NCBI GenBank assembly: GCA_052426225.1
Contig: JBNJNM010000006.1
Coordinates: 1,364,001 to 1,428,000 of the forward strand
From: Zancudomyces culisetae HAW-14-8
Taxonomy: Eukaryota > Fungi > Kickxellomycota
DNA: 64,000 nucleotides
Reading direction: 5' to 3'
The position numbers and the translations under genes were made by a program. How positions within the stretch are numbered: position 1 is the first letter of the stretch; every line of letters begins with the position of its first letter. The notes under the pieces were generated by a model. The model searched no databases. It saw only the letters and a list, made by a program, of their open reading frames with translations, and was not told where the DNA came from. Below are positions 24,238 to 35,268 of this stretch, piece after piece.

Positions 24238-24655
24238 TGTAGAAATTAAAAGTTATCTGATATATTTTTTCACTAATGTGATTGCTGAGTTGGTGTAAGA
24301 CCAATAGATCATATATATTCATGTCTCGGATCACTTCACTGGTTCTGATAGTCATAATATGAATAATTTTATATCTTTATTATTGTTATTTTAATAATAT
24401 AACACTAAGTAAACTATATCAATATCAAGTACTATTTGCTATCAAAAGTAATATTTACGTAAATGTAAAGTATTATCTGTTAAGAAAGCCTAAAGATGCT
24501 ATTTTCGTTGTCCGCGCTCGTTATTTATACTTTGTTATTCACTTTACTATCTTAGATCATTTTTACTATTTATTCTGCTAGCTCTCATTGGTAGTTATCT
24601 TCTGCTAGGAATCGCAATTGATTCGCTAGCAAAACTATGTAGCCGTTATACTACA
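24238..24655 (+). repeat. tRNA-downstream repeat family (TGTAG...CTACA)
   Basis: Nearly identical to the reverse complement of 33336-33761. Confidence 0.85.
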
Positions 24656-24699
24656 AGTAATAAAGTACATATGATTTATAATTCTAGTTATCTGCATTA

Positions 24700-25120
24700 T
24701 TCTTTTTAGTAACTAATAATTATAGATTCTTTGGCTGATTGTAATCATCAATACGCGTTAACGAGTTATATACTAACTTTCAATATAATTCAGCAAAGTT
24801 GAACTTCAGAATGAACACAAAATATAAGCGAGATCGTAAAACGAAAATCTAATCATCTTTAGCCTTTTTTAATGGAATATACTTTACATATACGTTTATA
24901 CATACTTATCAATTGCAACTAATACTTAGTACAATTATAGTTTCTTTTAGTTTATTTATTATTATATCAATAATACAAGTAATAGAATATTCACTTAACG
25001 GCGATCTGAACTAGTAAAGTGATCCGAGACTTGAGTATATATGTACTATTCGTCTTACACCAAACTCAGCAATCACATTAACTGAAAAATATATCAGAGT
25101 AATAATTACACTTACTCACA
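24700..25120 (-). repeat. tRNA-downstream repeat family, inverted diverged copy
   Basis: Reverse-complement matches (CATCTTTAGCC, GTGATCCGAGAC, CTCAGCAATCACATTA); boundaries approximate. Confidence 0.65.
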
Positions 25121-27583
25121 TTACTAATTCGACAGTCACTGCTAGCATAGAGTAGATAATAGTTATTTCTATCTGACAATACAAAGTAGCAAAATAAATT
25201 AGATTTGGCGAATCAAATAGGGGGGCGGACACTGTAATGAGTAATCATTTTTCTCAACGGAACATACTTTATGTGTGTTAGGTAACATTCTTATTGATTA
25301 GTTGTTTTATTTATTAAAATAGTATCAATAAAAGTAGGGGTAATCATTAATTAATTACAAAAACAAATCAGTTGATGATTTGTGGCTTAATCAGATCTGG
25401 ACAAAGTTGTGCCATAATACTCATTCTATGTAAAAAATTTGTGTGGTTGGATATTACATATGCTAAAAATCACCTTGTGTTTTTTATGTGGAGAAATATA
25501 AACTATACTAGTTTTAATTACTCATATAATAGTGATTAAATCAACTTAACTTCCGTATAATATTTTAATTATTACTCTGAAAAAGATAGATCAAGTTTAT
25601 TTATTTTTGCTTTTCATTTAGTAGATTGATATTAACTTTCTTTGCTCATGATATTTAATGATTCCTATTTATTATCTACGAGTAAGCTCCCGCTGACATC
25701 TTATTTCTTCTGAGTTTACTTGATTCGCTTCAAAAAGATATAGCTATTATACTTCATTGGCTGAGCCCATTTAGCACTGCCTCTACCTGTTAAATAAGGT
25801 TAAATATGTTTTGTTTAGCTATTAGTTAAATATAATCAATTTATTTACCCGATTATAATCTTATAACCCTACTATTTATTTTAAACATGAAAAGTTATTG
25901 ATATTTCAGACTAGACATTAAATACAAATTTTAACATTCTCTTATTTTGTGATTATTCCAATTTAAATATTTGGTCTATAAATACATCTGGTTTGTATAA
26001 AGACCTAGTAGGTATTTAGTATTTGCTAATGCAATAGATTAGATTTAATTAGCTCAGGTTAATATATCTCAAGAAAAAATAAATAGATATGTATCTATAT
26101 AAGCCGATTAACACCCCTTTTATTAACTACTCGCCATATATATTCGTGGTATTGACACTTTGTGATAAGATTAGTATTGTGTGATTTTACTAATTGGAGG
26201 TTATTATTTATTCATAGTACATACTTTATAATACGTATAAATCAACACGAGTTAATTTTTTTGGTTTATTTCTTGGTTATTATAAAATTTTATCTACACT
26301 AGTGTTATCCATTCAACTTAAAATCGTAGATCGTTGAACAGACACGTCTAGTATATTTTACAAGTTTAGTTTTATATAAAATGTTTTATCGCCATCCCAT
26401 ATAACCACGTATAGTAGCACAGTATAGTAGTCTTTAATCTACTTTTCTCTGATAAATTGGACTCAACTTTTTATTTCACTTTGTTTTGAATTTTAAATAT
26501 TAAAACTGTTTTTACCTGCGTGATTAAATTGTATAACTTTAATTCACTACGTGTAATTTTTTAAAATTCTCTATATTATTAATTTGTAATGATAGCTTGG
26601 AATCATTTTTATTTGGTAACTTCAATGTTTTTATTTTAATCTGAATCGGTATCAAAAATTTTTACAATCAACTTAGGTGAGCTTTAATTTCTGATTTTTG
26701 AAACATTTTAAATTTCCATACCAACATATTTTTATGCTTTATATAATCGCATCAATTAAATTTTTAAAGCGTGGTTTCTATTTAAAGCACACCGATTGGA
26801 AATTAATACAACCAATGTTGATAAAAGTGTATATCAATTTGAAATAAACGCCTTTATTAATAAATGCTAAAATTAGACTTATTTTTTTGATTTTCAATCT
26901 GAGCTATAATTATTTCAAAGTGGATATGTAATAAAGTTGATAACCAAAAAAAAAACACAAGTTATAAAAATAAATTAATTAAAAAACTACAAAGTTTGTG
27001 GTAATATACGAACAGTTTTTACTTTACTGAATGATAACTTAATAAGAGCTCCTCAATCAAGATTACCCAGGTTCATAATCCCAACTCCTTTGGCTTAAAC
27101 CCAAGTTCTATGGCGATTATGCCCATGATTGTCTATTAAATTTTTTATGTATTTTCAATTTGGCATTTGCTTTGTTATAATTAATGCATATTTGCATGGA
27201 TTTGCAGCGAATTACAGAACCAAACAATTGAGAAGAATGCAGCATTACAAAATATTTGAAAAATCGCAAGTTATTAACATCTGAATGTACCAATGAGAGT
27301 TATCAAAAATTCAACCTTATTTTCTCGTTAATTAGAACAAAACAATCAAAAAAAAAAGTAGAGAAATTACAAGTAAAGAGCATTTGTGGCATAAATGTTA
27401 TTTATTCGATAAATGAGAAAACTTTTGTGGTGGTGGTATTGGAAATATATCCTTAGAAAATAATACTCTTACCTGACGAGCGGACGTTGAACTTCAAAAA
27501 AATCAAGTATACTAGAAAGTATCGGCGTAAATATATTTGGTACACACTATACACAAACGAACGAACTGTAATAGAAAGGATAG

Positions 27584-30500
27584 ATGGAAAGCACAGAGGC
27601 TTTGGTACTAATAAAGCCAAATGGCTTGGTAGAAGCAAAATATAGAACGATATTGGAGTTTCTATCGCTGAATTTAATAGAGGAGGTCGATAGAAAGCTA
27701 GTGTGGCTCAATGATACTCAACTAAAAAACATATACCCAGCCTGTATTGATAGAAAAAACTATCAAACATGGTCAGACAGCATAACTAGTGGAATAAGCT
27801 TGGCATTAAAGGTTAGGGGAGAAGGTATTGTATTCAAACTACTGGAAATTGAAGCTGAACTTAAGGAGTTGTTGGGAGAAGTCGCAAATAAAAGCGGCGA
27901 TGATTCAGTGGAAATCACACAAGAGATTGATGAAGCCTCTCAAGAGCTAGATGCAATCTTTAATAACAGCGTAAAAGAAGTAAAATCGACAGACTATAAA
28001 ATTGATTTTGAGAAATGGAGCAAGACAAGGGCAAAACACACAAAAGTTCAAACAACTGTTGTGATTTTGAAGCCTGATGTTGCACAAAATCCCGACAATG
28101 TTAAGAGAATCAAGGAGATTATTACTAATAGAGGATTTAGAATTTGTTCAAGTCGAGAAAAAAGATTAAGTAGAAAAGATGCGATAAGGCTCTGTAAAAA
28201 CGAAGGGAGAGAGTGGAGTGAAAAAGAAATTATTTTTTTATCGACATCTGATAGTATTATCATGGAGATTGAAGGAGAAGAAGCTGTTTTTTCTTTGAAT
28301 GTTATGGCGGGAACGAGAGATCCTGAGAAGTGTGAGGAAAAACAGAGTTTAAGGTAAGAACCTTCGAATAAATAGTAAGGAGCGTGTTACTCCCCCCCCC
28401 CCCTACTTTGAGATTTTATTGTGTGGAAAAGCTATCTGGCGATTATTAAAACCAAAAGTATCAAATTTTAGGTGCAGATTTGGAACGGATAAAATAAAAA
28501 ATGCGATATATACCAGTCCAAGCAAACGGATAGCAGAGGAGGATATAGAGGCAGTGAAAATTGAGAATGGCTATTCGGAAAAAGTCGATACAGTTGGCAG
28601 AATCAAAGAGGTAAATGAGGTTCAGGACAGGTTTGAAGCAGATGGCTGTAAATACGAAGCTCTTGTGCAAACAGTGATGGTAGTGAAACCATATGCTGTG
28701 AAGTATAACGAGAATATTAGAAACATGATTCTTGCGAATGGATTTAAAATTGAAAATGAGATAACAGCGGATCTAGATAAAGATATTGCAGAAAAACTAT
28801 TTGAATCAGATAAAAAATATCCAGTGTTTCCAAAACACGTAGCATCGATGTTAGAGGGTCCTTCAGTGTGCTATATTCTTAGTAAAGATGATGCAGTTAG
28901 CGATGGGTTATCGCTTGTAGGAGATAAAAATCCCAAAGCAAGTAGGGGAATAGGAACTATACGATCCAAATATGGCTCTAATATTATTAAGAATGTGGTT
29001 TACGTAAGCGAAAATTCATCAGATGCAGCCCGTGATATAGAAACCATAAGAAGTCTACCAGAATTTCTTTCAATGACAGCTTCTGAAGAAGCTGGCAAAA
29101 ATGAGGTAGAAAAAGAATTGGTTGGTAATTCAGGTGCGGATGTAGTAGAAGAAGAAAGGATCGAGGAGCATAAGAGCGCAGATGAACTTGGGAGCGCTAG
29201 TACAAATAGCTCACTACTAGAATCGGGTAATTCACCATCTGATTTTTCAAAAGAAGATTTGAGGTTCAAAGACCACATAATAATTGACCCTGAGGAAAAA
29301 CATAGTGCAGATACAGTGTCGGAAACGGACGTAGATGAAGCTACAGTTTTAGGAGTGGTAACTACTGATAACGTAAGCAATGCACTTGGGAATGCAAATG
29401 TGCATTGTATAGAAGAAATAGAGACTAACCATCGCGATAGATCAATTGAACCTGAGCTAGGAGTAGATAATACCTTGTCCACTTTGAATGATCTTGTTAT
29501 TGTTGCGATTGATGGTAGTATGAAATCTAACTCTCTAAAAAAAACAGTTGGGGGTACTTTGAATCAGAGTGTCGAGAAACGAATAAAAAACCCAATTGAA
29601 GAATCCATTGAAAAGCCAGTTGAGAAGATAGTTGAGAAGATAGTTCAAAAGTCAGTTAAGGAGACAGTTGAAAAGCCGGCTGAAAAATCAGTTGAAAAGC
29701 CAGTTAAGGAGACAGTTGAGAAGATAGTTCAAAAGTCAGTTAAGGAGACAGTTGAAAAGCCGGCTGAAGAGACAGTTGAGAAGCCAATTAAGGAGACAGT
29801 TGAAAAGCCGGCTGAAGAGACAGTTGAGAAGCCAATTAAGGAGACAGTTGAAAAGCCAGTTAAGGAGACAGTTGAGAAGATAGTTCAAAAGCCAGTTAAG
29901 GAGACAGTTGAAAAGCCGGCTGAAGAGAAAGTTGAGAAGCCAATTAAGGAGACAGTTGAAAAGCCAGTTAAGGAGACAGTTGAGAAGATAGTTCAAAAGC
30001 CAGTTAAGGAGACAGTTGAAAAGCCGGCTGAAGAGACAGTTGAGAAGATAGCTCAAAAGCCAGTTAAGGAGACAGTTGAAAGGCCGGCTGAAGAGACAGT
30101 TGAAAAGCCAATTAAGGAGACAGTTGAAAAGCCAGTTAAGGAGACAGTTGAGAAGATAGTTCAAAAGCCAGTTAAGGAGACAGTTGAGAAGATAGTTGAA
30201 AAGCCAGTTAAGGAGACAGTTGAGAAGATAGTTCAAAAGCCAGTTAAGGAGACAGCTGAAAAGCCAGCTGAAGAGACAGTTGAGAAGCCGGCTGAAGAGA
30301 CAGTTGAGAAGATAGTTCAAAAGCCAGTTAAGGAGACAGTTGAAAGGCCGGCTGAAGAGACAGTTGAAAAGCCAATTAAGGAGACAGTTGAAAAGCCAGT
30401 TAAGGAGACAGTTGAGAAGATAGTTCAAAAGCCAGTTAAGGAGACAGTTGAGAAGATAGTTCAAAAGCCAGTTAAGGAGACAGTTGAGAAGATAGTTCAA

Positions 30501-32381
30501 AAGCCAGTTAAGGAGACAGTTGAAAAGCCAGCTGAAGAGACAGTTGAGAAGCCGGCTGAAGAGACAGTTGAGAAGATAGTTCAAAAGCCAGTTAAGGAGA
30601 CAGTTGAAAGGCCGGCTGAAGAGACAGTTGAAAAGCCAGTTAAGGAGACAGTTGAGAAGATAGTTCAAAAGCCAGTTAAGGAGACAGTTGAAAAGCCGGC
30701 TGAAGAGACAGTTGAGAAGCCGGCTGAAGAGACAGTTGAGAAGATAGTTCAAAAGCCAGTTAAGGAGACAGCTGAAAAGCCAGCTGAAGAGACAGTTGAG
30801 AAGCCGGCTGAAGAGACAGTTGAGAAGATAGTTCAAAAGCCAGTTAAGGAGACAGTTGAAAGGCCGGCTGAAGAGACAGTTGAAAAGCCAGTTAAGGAGA
30901 CAGTTGAGAAGATAGTTCAAAAGCCAGTTAAGGAGACAGTTGAGAAGATAGTTCAAAAGCCAGTTAAGGAGACAGTTGAGAAGATAGTTCAAAAGCCAGT
31001 TAAGGAGACAGTTGAGAAGATAGTTGAAAAGCCAGTTAAGGAGACAGCTGAAAAGACAGTTGAAAAAAAAGTATATACAAAGCAAACTGAATCCACTGAG
31101 GATATCATCGAAATACCCAAATCTGACGAAAATGACGAGAAACCAGCTACCATTCCGGAAGCTACGGAGCAACCCCCAGATCAAAAACAGCTCGAACACA
31201 CATTTAAGAAATCCAAACCAGTCTCTCAGTTGCCAAACACACCCTCTGCCGCAACATCACAAAAGCAAAAGGCTGTTGAATCATTATTGGATAAAGGTTC
31301 CAAAAAAGCCGACAGTTCTACTGCTGAGAGTTCAAAGTCTTCACATCACAATCCTAAGCGACCACCTCCCAAAACTCTGAGTGTTTCTGTTCTCAACAAG
31401 GTCAAAAACTCCCCTTTTGTTCAGCGTGATAAAACTTTGCTTTCCGAAGGGCATCAGCCAGTTGTTCTTCCTTCAAACTCTCCAAAAGCCAGCCCAGTTC
31501 CTGGTCCCAACTTTTCTTCAAGCACTAATTCCATTCCTAGCTCAAATTCGCTTAGTGTTCCACCAATTTCCAATATTTTGCCTTCTTCCTCCTCTAGACC
31601 AACCTCTCCGCTTGCTCCTCTCCTGCAAAAACCCTCCTTGATTTCTTCGGTATCTGCTGCTGTTAAGTCTATTAATACACGCTCTGCTGCACCCAGAAAA
31701 AATTTTACAACAACCACAACATCCATAATGGCTTCTCGTGTCCGCCCCCCTCCTGCAAGCTCGGCCCCTAGGCCAAGACCAACTCCTCAATCAATAACTA
31801 CTTTAAAGTCACGACAGTCTTCTCAGCCGAAACCAACCACATTGCCAAAATCAAATCCTGAGTCAAAATCAAAGTCCGCAAGTACAACTGTTCCTTCATC
31901 ATCTTCATCTAATACAAAAACCAAGCCGCCACTTCAAACTACCCCAAGAACAGCTCAGCAACAGCCCGCTTCTTCTACTTCTATATCTACTGCTCGAAAA
32001 ACCAAGCCGCTCCTTCCCAAATTCTCTCCAAAGCACACTCCTTCTACATCTTTTTTCGCCCCTGCCCCACCTCGCACCTCTACTCCCACTAAATCATCAC
32101 ATTCTATCTCTGAACCCACCCTTAACTCTTCCTCTTTGTTCATATCTTCTAAGCCACCTACTCACTCCACGCCCCCAAAAACCACCGTTTCCAACCCCAA
32201 TCTCAATTCCTCGAATTCTGCCAGAAAGACAACGAGAAAACCCCCAATTCCACATTTCTCTAACTCTCCCTCTAAACGCCCCAGAGAAATTCCAAAAGCT
32301 ACAACAACATTACCACCAAATCGCGAAGATCAATCCCATCTTAAACCCTTAATCATCTCAACTTCTAAAACTGGTGAATAG
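27584..32381 (+). CDS. Protein with three degenerate nucleoside-diphosphate-kinase-like domains, a K/E/P/V tandem-repeat region and an S/P/T-rich tail
   Basis: Three NDK starts (LIKPNG, ILKPDV, VVKPYA). Intron 28354-28471 gives SLR|CRFGTDKIKNAIYTS; third domain GTIRSKYGSNIIKNVVYVS. Confidence 0.82.
29600..31070 (+). repeat. Coding minisatellite of 12-nt modules (KPVK/ETVE/KIVQ/KPAE/KPIK)
   Basis: Directly visible repeats such as AAGCCAGTTAAG GAGACAGTTGAG AAGATAGTTCAA. Confidence 0.95.
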
Positions 32382-32889
32382 CGCTTACTACTAATTAGGA
32401 TTTTTTTGAATTATTTTCAATTTTTAAGAAACGTTTGATTTGTATATTGAATAAAATAAAAAATAAATTGTACTATACAGATGTGAATATATAAACAGAT
32501 AAACTTAAGTTATTGATTTCTATATTTGAATAGTAAAACTCATTTAGAGTTTCAGAATGCGAATAATTTAGTCAGCTTGATGCATAAATATTGCCAACCA
32601 CCACTTTTAATAATACTATCTAACATTAAACATTAATTAAATACAGCAATATAAGTATAATTAATTACCGTAAAACATGTATATATAACATAATTACAAT
32701 AAGAAAAGTTTCTTTATCTAATAATACTTAATTCCTAGTTTTAAATGATGTAATTATAAATTATTTCAAATTTTAATGCAAATATAGCATTAAATGAAAT
32801 AATGAATTCAACGGCAGTTCACTTGAGATCTTTATTGTCATTATATCTATTAAAAGATATTGTTATAAATATTAGTTGCTATATTAATC

Positions 32890-33291
32890 CGAAATATTGT
32901 TCAACTAATGCGATGGCTGAGTTATGTATAGCACTATAATGTCAGTTACACTCCGGTCTCGGATCACTTCACCAATCTGATTACCATTAAATGAATATTT
33001 AGATATATTTATTATTGAAATAATAATAAACACCAAGAAAACTAACTTATTTTTTAACACAGGTGTATTGGATATGTAAATAACGTATATGTAAAGTACA
33101 TTCTGTCAAGAAAGGCTAAAGATGTATTATTTCGTTGCTCGCTTCCCTTATTTTCACATGTAGTTCGGGTATTGAAACTATAATAATATAGATATTCTCA
33201 AAATTTATTTACAATGCGCTAATTGGTAGTCGTATTCTGTCACGAATAGCAGTTGATTCACTAGGAAGAAGAATATAACCGTTGTACTACA
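32890..33291 (+). repeat. tRNA-downstream repeat family, diverged copy tail-to-tail with 33336-33761
   Basis: GATGGCTGAGTT...GTCTCGGATCAC...AAGGCTAAAGATG...CCGTTGTACTACA. Confidence 0.72.
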
Positions 33292-33335
33292 ATATTAAAT
33301 ATAAGTAAAGTTAAAAAATAACAATAAATATAAAG

Positions 33336-33761
33336 TGTAGTATAACGGCTACATAGTTTTGCAAGCGAATCAATTGCGATTCCTAGCAGAAGATAACTAC
33401 CAATGAGAGCTAGCAGAATAAATAGTAAAAATGATCTAAGATAGTAAAGTGAATAACAAAGTATAAATAACGAGCGCGGACAACGAAAATAGCATCTTTA
33501 GGCTTTCTTAACAGATAATACTTTACATTTACGTAAATATTACTTTTGATAGCAAATAGTACTTGATATTGATATAGTTTACTTAGTGTTATATTATTAA
33601 AATAACAATAATAAAGATATAAAATTATTCATATTATGACTATCAGAACCAGTGAAGTGATCCGAGACATGAATATATATGATCTATTGGTCTTACACCA
33701 ACTCAGCAATCACATTAGTGAAAAAATATATCAGATAACTTTTAATTTCTAATTAACTACA
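33336..33761 (-). repeat. tRNA-downstream repeat family, directly 3' of tRNA-Gln
   Basis: Near-identical reverse complement of 24238-24655; starts about 10 nt past the tRNA 3' end. Confidence 0.85.
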
Positions 33762-33771
33762 ATTAGCAAAA

Positions 33772-33843
33772 AGGTCCTACCGAGAGTCGAACTCGGGCTA
33801 CTGGATTCAAAGTCCAATGTCATGACCGTTAGACCATAGGACC
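33772..33843 (-). tRNA. tRNA-Gln(TTG)
   Basis: Minus strand: GGTCCTA/TAGGACC, TTGGA-CTTTGAA-TCCAG, CCGAG-TTCGACT-CTCGG, T-run terminator. Confidence 0.94.
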
Positions 33844-33851
33844 ATATATTG

Positions 33852-34272
33852 TGTTAACTTTCGACCCTTTTCTGCTAGTAGTCGTAGTTATTCGTATTTA
33901 GTTGGTTTAAAATTTAATAGAAAAGTTAATTATCTACTTGTTTTGTTCGAAACTCTAACTAACTATTAAGACTTGTTTATTATTTTGGTTATTATTCTTT
34001 TATTTTTTATTGCTAAAAAGTTGTTATTCCTAAAAGTTATTCTTCCAAACTATAAATAAAATTTATATATAAACTATTTTTTTTCCATCTATTTTGTTAT
34101 CTCAATTTTTTTGTGTTATCAATTTTTGTTTTGTAATTTCTTGGCTCATTAAAAAAACCCAAATTGTTAGGGAAAAAAGAGTCCAATTTTTCCACTAATT
34201 TTAATATAGTAATTTATCAGAATTGACTTTGTCAATTCGTATTTTTTATAATATATAATTAATTATGCAACA
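33852..34272 (-). repeat. Solo LTR, tRNA-proximal unit of array 3
   Basis: TGTTAAC...ATGCAACA, 8 nt from the tRNA-Gln 5' end; second copy at 45762-46181. Confidence 0.85.
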
Positions 34273-34274
34273 AT

Positions 34275-35262
34275 TGTTGTGTGTTGCCATGTTTAACGTC
34301 CCATTTAGTGTTTTTTACACCAAATAACACACGGGACGGGTCATTTTACTTACCTTTTACTATATGCTGCGAATTATTATACAGTACTTTGGATTTTGCA
34401 AAAGAGGACATTTATTTAGTTAAACAAAAATTTCAATTTTATACAATAAAATCTACAAAAAATCTAACTAAAAATTACAAAACACAATTAACCAATGGAA
34501 ATGTTTCGCCTATTGTAGGCATACAACACCTCCCCCCCTCAGCTTAAGTACAGGATTCCACCCGCTTTAAGCTTTACAATGTCTACGGACTAACAGTATC
34601 AGAGTTATATGTCCGATTTATGACTACAATGCAGATTCAACTTAGTTGAAACTCTGCCAAAAAATATTGAACATTTGGTTCAATTCCAACAAGGACCGAA
34701 AATTTCTGATTCGAATCCTTAATATATGCAAAAAAAATCATTAGTTTTTTCTTCGAAAAACTGCATATACCTACCGATTATCTTGGTTCAAATTCGTTTC
34801 TGGAGTCGTATATGGTATTACCGATGCTGTAAACTGCTTCACGCTAGGCTCTCTGTCCATTGTGGCGTCCTTCGCTCCCGTTTATCTTGTCGAACCTGTG
34901 AATCCTACGAATTATTTTTTGAATCCAAAAAATAATCTTCTACAAAACGAGCTCCTAGCTCGGTCAAAGGACCCTTCTCAACGGAGTGGGTCCTGGCTGG
35001 ATCACCACTGTTGTGTGTTGCCAAGTTTAACGTCCCATTTAGTGTTTTTTACACCAAATAACACACGGGACGGGTCATTTTACTTACCTTTTACTATATG
35101 CTGCGAATTATTATACAGTACTTTGGATTTTGCAAAAGAGGACATTTATTTAGTTAAACAAAAATTTCAATTTTATACAATAAAATCTACAAAAAATCTA
35201 ACTAAAAATTACAAAACACAATTAACCAATGGAAATGTTTCGCCTATTGTAGGCATACAACA
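34275..35262 (-). mobile_element. TRIM (miniature non-coding LTR element), copy 1
   Basis: 254-bp LTRs 34275-34528 and 35009-35262. Minus-strand PBS TGGTGATCCAGCCAGGAC (tRNA-Val-like) and PPT GAGGGGGGGAGG; 480-bp internal region. Confidence 0.9.
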
Positions 35263-35268
35263 ATATTG

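Noticed and set aside
25200-27500. AT-rich stretch as a possible further array or gene
   Set aside because: No regular TGT...ACA units, tRNA or credible ORF recognised; treated as intergenic.
29736-31199. 487-aa minus-strand L/N/C/W-rich ORF
   Set aside because: Antisense shadow of the coding minisatellite in the NDK-like gene.
34529-35008. Hammerhead-bearing retrozyme interpretation of the TRIM
   Set aside because: No CUGANGA/GAAA core with flanking stems found by eye on the element strand.
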